Shown piece after piece: positions 47,807-57,689 of a stretch of DNA of 62,213 nt; positions within the stretch are counted from its first letter, which is position 1, and the number at the start of each line of letters is the position of its first letter. Source of the DNA: Alphaproteobacteria bacterium (GTDB lineage: Bacteria > Pseudomonadota > Alphaproteobacteria > GCA-002720895); the NCBI GenBank assembly GCA_022450705.1, contig JAKUPP010000002.1:1-62213 (forward strand), read 5' to 3'. The position numbers were made by a program, and so were the translations under genes. Under the pieces are notes generated by a model, which did not search any database, was not told the DNA's origin, and saw only the letters and a program-made list of their open reading frames with translations.

Positions 47807-48850
47807 TTATAAATCTTTTTCTAAATATTTTTTTGGATCAAAAGCATCTCTTACTGCCTCACCAACAAAAATTAATAAACTAAGCATAATTCCTAAAGTA
47901 ATAAATACTGTAATACCTAACCAAGGGGCATTTAAATTTGCTTTTCCTTGAGCTAATAATTCTCCTAAACTCGGGGATCCTGGAGGTAAACCAAATCCTA
48001 AAAAATCTAAACTTGTCAGAGTAGTAATTGATCCATTTAAAATAAAAGGTAAAAAAGTTAATGTTGCAACCATTGCATTTGGTAGTATGTGTCTTTTCAT
48101 TATTGTTAGATTGTCTAAGCCTAATGCACGAGCAGCATGAACATATTCAAAATTTCTTGTTCTAAGAAATTCAGCTCTTACTACACCAACTAGAGACATC
48201 CAAGAAAACAACAACATAATTCCTAATAACCAAAAAATATTTGGTTCTACAATACTTGCTAGAATTATTAATATATATAGGACTGGTAACCCAGACCAAA
48301 TTTCAATAATTCTTTGAAATATAAGATCTGTTATACCACCAAAGAAACCCTGAACAGCTCCAGCTGCAATACCAATTATGGAACTAAAAATCGTTAATGA
48401 TAAACCAAATAAAACACTTATACGAAAACCATAAATCAATCTTGCTAGAACATCACGGCCCTGATCATCAGTACCCAGTAAATTCTCGGAGTCAGGAGAG
48501 GAAGGGGCTGGCGTAGGAATTACATAATTAATAGTATCATGGGAATAGGGTATTAATGGCCAAATCATCCAACCTTTATTTTCTATTTTTTTTTTTATAT
48601 AGGAATCTTTGTAATCAGTATAAGTTTCAAAATCACCATCGAAAGTTTTCTCACTATAATTTTTAAAAATTGGAAAATAAAAAGAATTATCATACTTTAC
48701 TAACAAAGGTTTATCATTTGATATAAATTCTGCAAATAGTGTAAAAAAAAATAAAAATAAAAAAATTTTAAAAGATCTATAACCTCTTTTATTTGCCTTA
48801 AAATTTTGGAGTCTTCTATAATTTAATTCAGATATATTAAAACCGAGCAT
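47807..48850 (-). CDS. yejE: Peptide/opine-type ABC transporter permease (YejE-like)
   Basis: BPD-transporter permease with EAA-region AARALGLDNLTIMKRHILPN. Confidence 0.8.
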   Translation of the reverse strand: MLGFNISELNYRRLQNFKANKRGYRSFKIFLFLFFFTLFAEFISNDKPLLVKYDNSFYFPIFKNYSEKTFDGDFETYTDYKDSYIKKKIENKGWMIWPLIPYSHDTINYVIPTPAPSSPDSENLLGTDDQGRDVLARLIYGFRISVLFGLSLTIFSSIIGIAAGAVQGFFGGITDLIFQRIIEIWSGLPVLYILIILASIVEPNIFWLLGIMLLFSWMSLVGVVRAEFLRTRNFEYVHAARALGLDNLTIMKRHILPNAMVATLTFLPFILNGSITTLTSLDFLGFGLPPGSPSLGELLAQGKANLNAPWLGITVFITLGIMLSLLIFVGEAVRDAFDPKKYLEKDL

Positions 48851-48853
48851 TTT

Positions 48854-49969
48854 TTATGTATCCCTCGTTTCAAAATCAATCCTAGGGTCTATCACAACGT
48901 AGGTAAGATCGGTAATAAGGTGTAAAATAAGGCCAAAAAAAGTAAAAATATAAAGAGTCCCAAAAACTACCGGATAATCTCTATTTAAAACGCTTTCATA
49001 ACCAAGCAATCCAAGACCATCTAATGAAAATATAACCTCTATTAGCAAGCTACCAGTAAAAAGTACTGATATAAATGCCGCAGGAAAGCCAGCTATAACA
49101 ATTAACATTGCATTTCTAAACACATGACCATATAAAACTTTTTTTTCTGAAAGTCCTTTTGCTTTGGCAGTCGAAACATACAATTTACTAATTTCATCCA
49201 TAAAAGAATTTTTTGTAAGCATTGTTAGAGTTGCAAAACCCGCAATGACTAAACTTAGAACTGGTAAAGTCATATGCCACAAATAATCTAAAATTTTCTC
49301 AAAAAGATTTAAATTTTCCCAATTATTTGAAACCAAACCTCTTAAGGGAAAAATATCTAAAAAACTACCTCCAGCTAAAAAAACAACTAAAGCTATAGCA
49401 AATAAAAAAGAAGGTATGGCATACCCAATAATAATTGCCGTGCTTGTCCATATATCAAATTTTGAGCCATCTCTTATAGCTTTTTTGATACCTAAGGGAA
49501 TAGATATTAAATAAACTATTAAAGTTGTCCATAAACCTAGTGAAATAGAAACAGGCATTTTTTCTATTATTAGTTCAATTACTTTCTTCCCTTTAAAATA
49601 ACTATCACCAAAATCAAATTTTAAATAATTTTTTAACATAATATAAAAACGCTCGTGTGCAGGCTTATCAAAACCATAATATTTTTCTAATTCAGCAATG
49701 AATTCGGGATCAAGACCTTGAGATCCTCTATATTTACTAGACATATCAGCAGATTGATTTGTTTGAATGTTAGTGCTTTGAGAAGATACATCGCCTTTAT
49801 CAGTTCCAGCAATTCTAGAAGTAGAATCTATGTTGTGACCCTTAATTTGAGAAATCATTTGCTCAACCGGTCCACCAGGAGCTGCTTGAACAATTATAAA
49901 GTTTATAAGTAGTATGCCTAGTAAAGTAGGGATAATTAGCAACAGTCTTCTTATAATATATGACAGCAT
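48854..49969 (-). CDS. yejB: Peptide/opine-type ABC transporter permease (YejB-like)
   Basis: DppB/OppB-type N-terminus [24 protein letters not shown] and EAA-region [21 protein letters not shown]. Confidence 0.8.
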   Translation of the reverse strand: MLSYIIRRLLLIIPTLLGILLINFIIVQAAPGGPVEQMISQIKGHNIDSTSRIAGTDKGDVSSQSTNIQTNQSADMSSKYRGSQGLDPEFIAELEKYYGFDKPAHERFYIMLKNYLKFDFGDSYFKGKKVIELIIEKMPVSISLGLWTTLIVYLISIPLGIKKAIRDGSKFDIWTSTAIIIGYAIPSFLFAIALVVFLAGGSFLDIFPLRGLVSNNWENLNLFEKILDYLWHMTLPVLSLVIAGFATLTMLTKNSFMDEISKLYVSTAKAKGLSEKKVLYGHVFRNAMLIVIAGFPAAFISVLFTGSLLIEVIFSLDGLGLLGYESVLNRDYPVVFGTLYIFTFFGLILHLITDLTYVVIDPRIDFETRDT

Positions 49970-49984
49970 ATATAAATAATTATA

Positions 49985-51796
49985 TTATTTTATTTTGGTT
50001 TCTAATAGTTTAACCTTGTTTGTATCTATCCACCAAGTATCTAGACCTAAATCATATTTTGGATTTATTTTAGGCTGACCAAATTTGTCCCAATAAGCAA
50101 TTCTGAAATTTTGTATATGCCAATGTGGAACAACATAATATCCAAATAACAATACTCTGTCTAAAGCTTGTGTAGCAGATACTAAACTTTTTCTATCTTT
50201 AGCTCCAATTATTTTATCAATTAAAAAGTCAACAGCAGGATTAGATACACCTGAATAATTTCTACTACCATTGATTGTAGCAGAAGTAGAATGCCAAAAG
50301 TCCCTTTGTTCATTTCCTGGACTCAAACTTTGACCAAGTGATACAACTGCCATATCGAATGAAAAATTTTCTAATCTTCTTTCATATTGAGCGCTATCAA
50401 CTGTTCTTACCTTTGCTTCAATTCCAATTTTTTTTAAATTTCTAGCAAAAGGTAAAGCAATTCTTTCAAATTCTGGGCTAACTAGAAGTATAGTAAATTT
50501 TAAAGGGATTCCTGTAACTTTGTTTATTCTTTTACCATCTTTGATAATCCACCCGGCATCGAAAAGCAACTTATCTGCAATTCGTAAATTCTTTCTTATT
50601 TCACCCGAACCATCATTAACTGGATTTTGATACGTCGCATTAAAAACTTCATTTGGCAATTTTTTCTTAAAAGGATTTAACAATTTGAACTCTTCGTTCG
50701 ACGGCAAGTTAGTTGAGGCTAAATCGGAGTTAGAAAAAAAACTATTTGTTCTTTTATATTGATCAAAGAAAAGTATTTTATTCGTCCATTCAAAATCAAA
50801 AGCATAATTAAGCGCTTTTCTAACAATTCTATCCTTAAAAATTTCTTTTCTTGAATTTATATAAAAACCTTGCATTCCAGTAGGTATTTCATGTTTTACA
50901 GATTCTTTTTTAACATTACCATTTTCTATTGCTGTAAAATTATAAGCATTAGCCCATCTTTTTGCCTGGTTTTCTTCTCTAAAGTCGTAGTCCCCACTTT
51001 TAAATGCTTCTAATGCAACTGTAGCATCTCTAAAATATTCTATTACCACCTTCTCAAAATTAAATTTACCTTGGTTAACTGAAAGATTTTTTCCCCAGTA
51101 ATTGTCAACTCTTTCAAATTCAATTGTCCTTCCAGCCTTAAAATTTTTTACACGGTATGGTCCAGATCCAATAGGACTTTCTAATAAAACATCTTTAAAT
51201 TTATCTTTCCAATATTTTTCTGACAATATTTTCATTTGTCCTATGATTAAAGGCAATTCTAAATTTCTTTCACCTTGAAAAATAAATTTTACTTCATTAT
51301 CACTAATCTTTTCTGCTGTTTTAATATTTCCATAATAAAATTTAAAAAAAGGATGTCCCTTTTCTTTTAATGTGTTTAAAGTCCAAATAATATCTTCTAC
51401 TCTTATAGGATTTCCATCATGGAATTTAGCTTCTTTTCTAATTTTGAAAATTACCCAAGATCTATCTTCAGGAACACTAATAGACTCAGCTACCAAACCA
51501 TACATAGTAAATGGCTCATCAAAAGATTGTGTTAAAAGACTATCATGAACTTGGTTTAAATATGCAGCTGGACTTCCTTTTAAAATAAAATTATTCAAAG
51601 TATCAAAACTTCCAATTTGATGAAGTTTAATTATCCCACCTTTTGGCGCATTAATATTAACATAATCAAAATTTTTAAAATCTTTAGAATACTTAGGCGA
51701 TCCATGCATGCTTATAGCATGAGCATTTTCTAATTTTTCAATTGCATAAGTATTAGAAAAGAATAAAAAAAATAATAAACTAAGAAAAATTCTCAT
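49985..51796 (-). CDS. yejA: Family-5 periplasmic substrate-binding protein (YejA-like)
   Basis: Signal peptide, 603 aa, SBP_bac_5 architecture. First transporter gene of the operon. Confidence 0.8.
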   Translation of the reverse strand: MRIFLSLLFFLFFSNTYAIEKLENAHAISMHGSPKYSKDFKNFDYVNINAPKGGIIKLHQIGSFDTLNNFILKGSPAAYLNQVHDSLLTQSFDEPFTMYGLVAESISVPEDRSWVIFKIRKEAKFHDGNPIRVEDIIWTLNTLKEKGHPFFKFYYGNIKTAEKISDNEVKFIFQGERNLELPLIIGQMKILSEKYWKDKFKDVLLESPIGSGPYRVKNFKAGRTIEFERVDNYWGKNLSVNQGKFNFEKVVIEYFRDATVALEAFKSGDYDFREENQAKRWANAYNFTAIENGNVKKESVKHEIPTGMQGFYINSRKEIFKDRIVRKALNYAFDFEWTNKILFFDQYKRTNSFFSNSDLASTNLPSNEEFKLLNPFKKKLPNEVFNATYQNPVNDGSGEIRKNLRIADKLLFDAGWIIKDGKRINKVTGIPLKFTILLVSPEFERIALPFARNLKKIGIEAKVRTVDSAQYERRLENFSFDMAVVSLGQSLSPGNEQRDFWHSTSATINGSRNYSGVSNPAVDFLIDKIIGAKDRKSLVSATQALDRVLLFGYYVVPHWHIQNFRIAYWDKFGQPKINPKYDLGLDTWWIDTNKVKLLETKIK

Positions 51797-52575
51797 TTTA
51801 CTTTTTGAATTATTTTTAGAAGTTGTTTATGAATTTTAGGATCACCTGCTGCTACAATTTTTCCATCACTATTTATATTTAAATCATTACCATTCCAGTC
51901 TGTAAATTTGCCACCAGCACCAGAAACAATAGCAGCACTGGCAATGTAATCATATGGTTTAAGATTAGCTTCTAATAAAACATCAACAAATCCAGATGCC
52001 ATCAACCCATGCGCATAGCAATCTGCACCAAAAAGCGTTTCTCCTATTTTATATCTGACATTCCTATATACTTTTTGACTTTTTCCAATAAACATCATTG
52101 GGCTAGTTGCATACATTTTTGATCCTTTTAGTTTTTTACATTTTCTTGTTCTTATTTTAACATTATTATATCTAGTTTCTTTATTTGCTATCCCAATCCA
52201 TCGTTCTTTTAGAATTGGTTGATTTAATACTCCAAGATATGGCTTATTGTTTTTCATTAATCCAATTAAAGTTCCAAAAAGAGGCTTTCCAGTGATAAAA
52301 CCTTTTGTTCCATCTATAGGATCCACTACCCAAACATACTCATTATTAGTATTTAATTTACCAGTCTCCTCTCCAAAAAAACCACATTCTGACGCTTTTT
52401 TCATTATTATATTTCTAATTATTTTTTCAGCTTCTTTGTCAGCTTTTGTTACAGGCGTATTGTCGCTTTTAGTTTCGATTTTAATTTTTTTTCTAAAAAA
52501 CTTCTTTATTATTTTGCCACTAGCTTCCGCACATTCATTTGCTATTTTTATATATTTGTTTTCTAGTTTTTTCAT
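51793..52575 (-). CDS. Inositol-monophosphatase-family phosphatase (possible histidinol-phosphatase HisN)
   Basis: IMPase motifs GEE and WVVDPIDGT. 260 aa, as in alphaproteobacterial HisN. ATGA overlap with yejA. Confidence 0.65.
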   Translation of the reverse strand: MKKLENKYIKIANECAEASGKIIKKFFRKKIKIETKSDNTPVTKADKEAEKIIRNIIMKKASECGFFGEETGKLNTNNEYVWVVDPIDGTKGFITGKPLFGTLIGLMKNNKPYLGVLNQPILKERWIGIANKETRYNNVKIRTRKCKKLKGSKMYATSPMMFIGKSQKVYRNVRYKIGETLFGADCYAHGLMASGFVDVLLEANLKPYDYIASAAIVSGAGGKFTDWNGNDLNINSDGKIVAAGDPKIHKQLLKIIQKVK

Positions 52576-52649
52576 ATATTTTGTAATAATTAATTTAAAA
52601 TTTAAAAATTCATAATATATATATAGCTTCGAAACACTAAGGAAAATTT

Positions 52650-53492
52650 ATGAATATTAAAAATATAAATACAGTTTCATTTCAAGGTATAGAAGGAGCT
52701 AATTCACATTTAGCTTCTAAAAAATTGTTTCCCAAAGCTAAAATTATAACATGTGAAACATTTGAACAGGTATTTGAAAATGTAAGAAAAAATAAGTCTG
52801 ATTTAGGACTGATTCCAGTAGAAAATTCAGTTGCAGGAAGAGTGGCTGAAATACACAGTCTTATGCATAAAACACCTTTAAAAATTGTAGGAGAATATTT
52901 CATGAAAGTAGAACTGCATTTATTAGGTACAGAAAAAATTAATATAAAACAAATTAAGAATGTAAGAAGCCATATACACGCATTATCTCAGTGCAAAAAG
53001 TTTATAAAAAAAAATAAGGTAAAAACAATTATTTCTGCTGACACAGCTTTAGCTGCTAAAGAAATTAGGGAAGAGAATGATCCTTCAGAATCAGCGATTG
53101 CCAGTAAACTTGCAGCTAAAATCTACAATTTAAAAATTTTAAAAAAAAATGTGGAGGATAGTCTTCAAAATATAACACGATTTATTTTACTGCAAAAAAA
53201 ACAAATTAAAATAAATCCATCTAAAGGAAAAATTTTAACAAGTTTAATTTTTGCTGTTAACAATGTTCCCGCGGCTTTACATAAAGCACTTGGGTGTTTT
53301 GCAATTAATAATGTAAATATGACCAAACTGGAGTCTTATGTGAATGAAACATTTAAACAAGCCGAGTTTTATGTTGATATAGAAGGAGATACTAAAGATA
53401 TCAATGTTACTTCTGCGCTTAAAGAAATAAAAGAATATACTAGATTTGTAAGAATTCTTGGTACTTATTACGCAGATAAATTCCGCAAATAA
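52650..53492 (+). CDS. pheA: Prephenate dehydratase
   Basis: PDT domain (FQGIEGANSH, NITRFILL = TRF motif) plus C-terminal ACT domain. Confidence 0.9.
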   Translation: MNIKNINTVSFQGIEGANSHLASKKLFPKAKIITCETFEQVFENVRKNKSDLGLIPVENSVAGRVAEIHSLMHKTPLKIVGEYFMKVELHLLGTEKINIKQIKNVRSHIHALSQCKKFIKKNKVKTIISADTALAAKEIREENDPSESAIASKLAAKIYNLKILKKNVEDSLQNITRFILLQKKQIKINPSKGKILTSLIFAVNNVPAALHKALGCFAINNVNMTKLESYVNETFKQAEFYVDIEGDTKDINVTSALKEIKEYTRFVRILGTYYADKFRK

Positions 53493-53522
53493 TTTTTTTT
53501 TTTAATAAATTCTTTCTTCTGC

Positions 53523-53528
53523 TATAAT
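53523..53528 (+). promoter_or_regulatory. Candidate -10 box (TATAAT) for the SRP RNA gene
   Basis: Perfect TATAAT ending 5 nt before the GGGGAG that opens the terminal helix of ffs. Confidence 0.3.
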
Positions 53529-53532
53529 AGTT

Positions 53533-53611
53533 TGGGGAGGACGCTATTGTTAGTTAATCGGGTCAGAGGAGGAATCCAGCAGCCCTACCTAGTAATTGTG
53601 GGTCTCCCCAA
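53533..53611 (+). ncRNA. ffs: Signal recognition particle RNA (small 4.5S type)
   Basis: Terminal helix GGGGAG (53534-53539) pairs with CTCCCC (53604-53609). Apical domain IV motif GGTCAGAGGA-GGAA-TCCAGCAGCC with GNRA tetraloop. Conserved position immediately upstream of dnaX. Confidence 0.75.
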
Positions 53612-53629
53612 TATATAAAATATAAAAAA

Positions 53630-55291
53630 ATGACTGAATCCTTCCTTGCACTTGCAAGAAAATATAGACCTAAAAAGTTGTCTGAATTAATTGGACAAAA
53701 TATATTTGTTTCAACGATTCAAAATGCTCTTAAAAACAACAGATTAGCACATGCATATTTATTCTCTGGAGTAAGAGGGGTTGGTAAAACTACAACTGCA
53801 AGAATTTTAGCCCACTTATTTAATGGCGAAGAAGAAGTAAAAGGTAATCCAATTGATCTTTTTGAAGTAGATGCTGCTAGATATACTACAGTTGATACAA
53901 TGAGGGAACTATTAGATGGAATTAAATACAGACCATCAAATTGGAAATATAAAGTGTATATTTTGGATGAAGTACACATGCTATCTAACTCTGCAGTAAG
54001 CTCGCTTTTAAAAAATCTGGAAGAACCACCAGAACACGTAAAATTTATTTTTTGCACAACTGAGCCAAGAAAAATTCCTGCAACTATAATATCAAGATGC
54101 CAAAGATTTGATTTAAAAAGAATACCTTTTGATATTTTAGCAAAATATTTAAACGATATTGCAAAAAAAGAAAAATCAGAAATTGATATAAATGCAGCCA
54201 GTATGATTGCTCGAGCATCTGATGGAAGTGTAAGAGATGCGCTTTCAATTTTAGATAAATCATTATCTTTAGGTGAAAAAAAAGTAACAGAAAAACATAT
54301 TCAAGAATTACTCGGTTTAGTTGACAGGAGCAATATTTATTTATTATTTGAAAATCTGATGAATGGAAAAACAAAAGAAGGATTAGAAAAATTTAATGAT
54401 CTTTATAATTCTGGCGGTGAACCAGGAATAATAATTCAGGATTTGTTGGAAGTTGTACATTGGTTAAGCAGATTGGTTTTAACACCTGAAATTTCTAGAG
54501 AACCAGGCGTATCTCAGATAGACAAAGAAAAAGGTCTAGAATTATCCAAAAAACTAAGTATGTCAGAGCTTTCACAAACTTGGCAAATTCTTCTTAAAGG
54601 ATATCAGGAGTTACAAAGTCACGAAATGCCACATATAGTTGCTGAGATGGTTCTTATACGCCTTGCATTTGCATCTGAACTCCCATCTTTAGACGAAGTT
54701 TCTAATAATTTAAAAACTACAAAGCAAGAGGAGGGGGTAAAAACTAGTGAAAATAAACCCATTATTACAACTGAAGAAAAAAAAGAGAATGTATCAAAAA
54801 ATAAAAAGCAAACTGGAATAGGTACGGATACTGTAATGGAAATGAAAAATGTAGAAACAGTTAAAAAAAAAATTTTTGAAGAAAGTAATAGAAAAAATAT
54901 AAAATTTGATAAAAATATAATTGTTAATAATTTTAAAGAAGTAGCTGATTTGTTTTTAGAAAAAAAAGAAATTTTATTGTTTAATAATTTGTTTTCACAT
55001 GTACATTTGGTTAATTTTAAAAAAGGAAAAATAGAATTAAATCCAACAAATGATGCTCCAAAGGACCTTGGTCCTAAAGTAGGTCAGTTATTGACTGAGT
55101 GGACCAAAGAAAAATGGCATATTCTAATGACTCAAGAAAAAGGAGAACCCACTTTAGAAGAACAAAGTGATAAAGAAAAAGAGAGTATAATCAATAATTT
55201 ATCAAAGAATGAGCATATAAAAGAAATTTTAAATAATTTCCCAGGTGCTAAAATAGAAGAAGTAAAAGATAAAGGAGAAGAAGATGAATAA
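53630..55291 (+). CDS. dnaX: DNA polymerase III subunit tau (gamma/tau)
   Basis: Walker A GVRGVGKTT, DEVHML, SRC motif ISRCQRF, alphaproteobacterial-type C-terminal tau domains. Confidence 0.93.
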   Translation: MTESFLALARKYRPKKLSELIGQNIFVSTIQNALKNNRLAHAYLFSGVRGVGKTTTARILAHLFNGEEEVKGNPIDLFEVDAARYTTVDTMRELLDGIKYRPSNWKYKVYILDEVHMLSNSAVSSLLKNLEEPPEHVKFIFCTTEPRKIPATIISRCQRFDLKRIPFDILAKYLNDIAKKEKSEIDINAASMIARASDGSVRDALSILDKSLSLGEKKVTEKHIQELLGLVDRSNIYLLFENLMNGKTKEGLEKFNDLYNSGGEPGIIIQDLLEVVHWLSRLVLTPEISREPGVSQIDKEKGLELSKKLSMSELSQTWQILLKGYQELQSHEMPHIVAEMVLIRLAFASELPSLDEVSNNLKTTKQEEGVKTSENKPIITTEEKKENVSKNKKQTGIGTDTVMEMKNVETVKKKIFEESNRKNIKFDKNIIVNNFKEVADLFLEKKEILLFNNLFSHVHLVNFKKGKIELNPTNDAPKDLGPKVGQLLTEWTKEKWHILMTQEKGEPTLEEQSDKEKESIINNLSKNEHIKEILNNFPGAKIEEVKDKGEEDE

Positions 55292-55607
55292 TTTTAATGA
55301 CATGATGAAAAAAGCTCAGGAAATGCAGAAAAAAATGCAGGAGATTCAAGAAAGCCTAGCGAATTTAGAGGTTGAGGGAACAGCAGGAGGTGGAATGGTT
55401 AAGATTATTATGAATTGTAAGAATGAGGTTAAAAAAATAGAACTGGATCCTAGTATAATTAAAGAAGAGGAGAAACAAATGATGGAGGATTTGATAGTAG
55501 CTGCTTTAAATGACGCAAAAACTAAAGCTGAAGAAAAAAGCAAAGAAGAGATGGCAAAATTAACTGGTGATTTAGGTTTGCCACCTGGAATGAAAATGCC
55601 TTTTTAA
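55284..55607 (+). CDS. ybaB: Nucleoid-associated protein YbaB/EbfC
   Basis: 107 aa, MMKKAQEMQKKMQE N-terminus. 8-nt overlap with dnaX. Confidence 0.9.
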   Translation: MNNFNDMMKKAQEMQKKMQEIQESLANLEVEGTAGGGMVKIIMNCKNEVKKIELDPSIIKEEEKQMMEDLIVAALNDAKTKAEEKSKEEMAKLTGDLGLPPGMKMPF

Positions 55608-55619
55608 AAAAAAAAAAAT

Positions 55620-56213
55620 ATGCACGACGATGCACTTCAAGAATTGATTCAATTATTTTCCAAACTACCTGGTATTGGGCCAAAGTCAGCAAGCAGGATG
55701 GTTCTTTTTCTTTTAAAAAATAAAGAAAAGCTTATGTATCCTTTAAGCAGATCATTATTATCATCAGGACAATCGATAAAAAAATGTAAAACTTGCGGAA
55801 ATCTTGGTGTCAAACACCCTTGTAAGATTTGTAGTAATCCCAAAAGAGATAAATCTGTTGTTTGTGTAGTTGAAGATATATCTGATTTATGGGCTCTTGA
55901 AAAAACAGGATCTTTTAAAGGACTTTATCATGTTTTAGGCGGATCATTATCTGCGTTGGATAATATAACTCCCGACGATCTAATGATAAAAGAATTAATA
56001 CAAAGAGCCCAATCAAACGATATTAAAGAAATAATTCTTGCTCTAAACTCAACAGTTAATTCACAAACAACTCTTCACTATATTACTGATAAATTAAATG
56101 GTAGTGATGTAAAAATTACAAAAATTGCACAGGGTATGCCATTCGGTGCAGAACTTAATTATGTAGATGAAGGTACATTAACTACAGCGATGAAAGCAAG
56201 AAAGCCAATTTAA
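55620..56213 (+). CDS. recR: Recombination protein RecR
   Basis: HhH motif LPGIGPKSA, C4 zinc finger CKTCGNLGVKHPCKIC, Toprim domain. Confidence 0.95.
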   Translation: MHDDALQELIQLFSKLPGIGPKSASRMVLFLLKNKEKLMYPLSRSLLSSGQSIKKCKTCGNLGVKHPCKICSNPKRDKSVVCVVEDISDLWALEKTGSFKGLYHVLGGSLSALDNITPDDLMIKELIQRAQSNDIKEIILALNSTVNSQTTLHYITDKLNGSDVKITKIAQGMPFGAELNYVDEGTLTTAMKARKPI

Positions 56214-56217
56214 ATAA

Positions 56218-57642
56218 ATGAATTACGTATTCTACGACTTTGAAACTAGTGGAAATAACAAAGATTTTGATCAGATACTTCAAATCGGTGCTGTTTTAAC
56301 TAATAATAATTTTCAAATTAAAGACAAAATAAATATTTCATGTAGATTAAAAAAAAATATTATTCCTGCACCTCAAGCTTTATTAATTAATAAAATATCA
56401 ATTGATCAATTAAAATCTAATGAGGTTTCACATTATAGTTTAATTGAACAATTAAAAAATAAATTTGAGGAATGGTCCCCTGCTTGCTTTGTAGGATTTA
56501 ATAGCATAGGATTTGACGAAGATGTTTTACGTCAAGGATTGTTTCAATCCTTAAATTACCCATATCTTACAACCTCAAAAGACAATCGAAGACTTGATGT
56601 ATTAAAACTAGCTAGAGGCGTGAGCGCATTTGCTCCTAATTCTATCGTTATTCCTATAGGAGAGGATAATAAACAAAGTTTTAAATTAGAAAATTTAACT
56701 AAAGTGAATCAAATTGATCATAGCAATGCCCATGATGCAATTGCTGATGTTACCGCTACTCTAGAACTTGCAAAAAAAATGAAAACCGCTGCCCCTGAAG
56801 TTTGGGATTCACTTCTTATTTACAAAAAAGGAGATGATATAGGTAAAAAGATTTTTAAAGAAGATTTTGTCTGTTACCAAGATCTTGTATTTGGAAAATT
56901 ATATAATTTTGCAGCCTGTTTTGTTTGTTTTCATCCAGCTTATGGTAAATCATGGCTAGCTGCCTTTGATTTAAAGCATGATCCAAGATCACTTCTAGAT
57001 TTAGGTTTTAGTGAATTGAAACAAGCACTATTTTCTTCACCTGTAAAAATTAGACAAATATCATTAAATAAGATGCCTATTGTATTATCTAAAGAATATT
57101 TTGCTTCACTTGATGATTATAAAGATATTGGTTTAGAAGAAATATCAAAAAGAGCAAAGCTTGTTAAAGAAAACCAAGAATTTTGTAATAAGGTTTTTGA
57201 GATACTTGCAGAAAAAGTTAAAGAAAAAAAAGAAACCTCTAGCCAAGATGAAGAAGACTATTTTCCCGAACAATTCATTCACGAATCTTCAATTAAAATG
57301 TCAAAAGATGATAGAGTTATATTTTATCAGTTTCAGAAAGGTAGTTGGGAGGAAAAAGCAAAACTTTACAATAGTTTTCAAGATAATGTTCTTAAACATT
57401 TTAGTAGATTATTAATATTTGAAGAAAATTCAGACTCTTTATCTAAAGAAGAACTAACTTTAGTAAAGAAAGAAATTGCAGAAAAACTATTAACAACCGA
57501 CCAAAAACCGTGGATTACAATTCCTGATGCTATGAAAAAAATCGATGACTTAAGAGCTGAAGAAAATACAGATAAGAAATTTTTAAACGATTATGATTTA
57601 TTTATTCAAGATTTAGAATCTCAGCATAAAAAAAATCTATAG
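56218..57642 (+). CDS. sbcB: Exodeoxyribonuclease I
   Basis: DEDDh exonuclease motifs YDFETSG, FNSIGFDE and HDAIADV, plus the SH3-like/helical C-terminal region. 474 aa. Confidence 0.85.
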   Translation: MNYVFYDFETSGNNKDFDQILQIGAVLTNNNFQIKDKINISCRLKKNIIPAPQALLINKISIDQLKSNEVSHYSLIEQLKNKFEEWSPACFVGFNSIGFDEDVLRQGLFQSLNYPYLTTSKDNRRLDVLKLARGVSAFAPNSIVIPIGEDNKQSFKLENLTKVNQIDHSNAHDAIADVTATLELAKKMKTAAPEVWDSLLIYKKGDDIGKKIFKEDFVCYQDLVFGKLYNFAACFVCFHPAYGKSWLAAFDLKHDPRSLLDLGFSELKQALFSSPVKIRQISLNKMPIVLSKEYFASLDDYKDIGLEEISKRAKLVKENQEFCNKVFEILAEKVKEKKETSSQDEEDYFPEQFIHESSIKMSKDDRVIFYQFQKGSWEEKAKLYNSFQDNVLKHFSRLLIFEENSDSLSKEELTLVKKEIAEKLLTTDQKPWITIPDAMKKIDDLRAEENTDKKFLNDYDLFIQDLESQHKKNL

Positions 57643-57689
57643 TATTTTTATAGAAAATAGACACAATTTTTGTAATATAATTACTTAAA

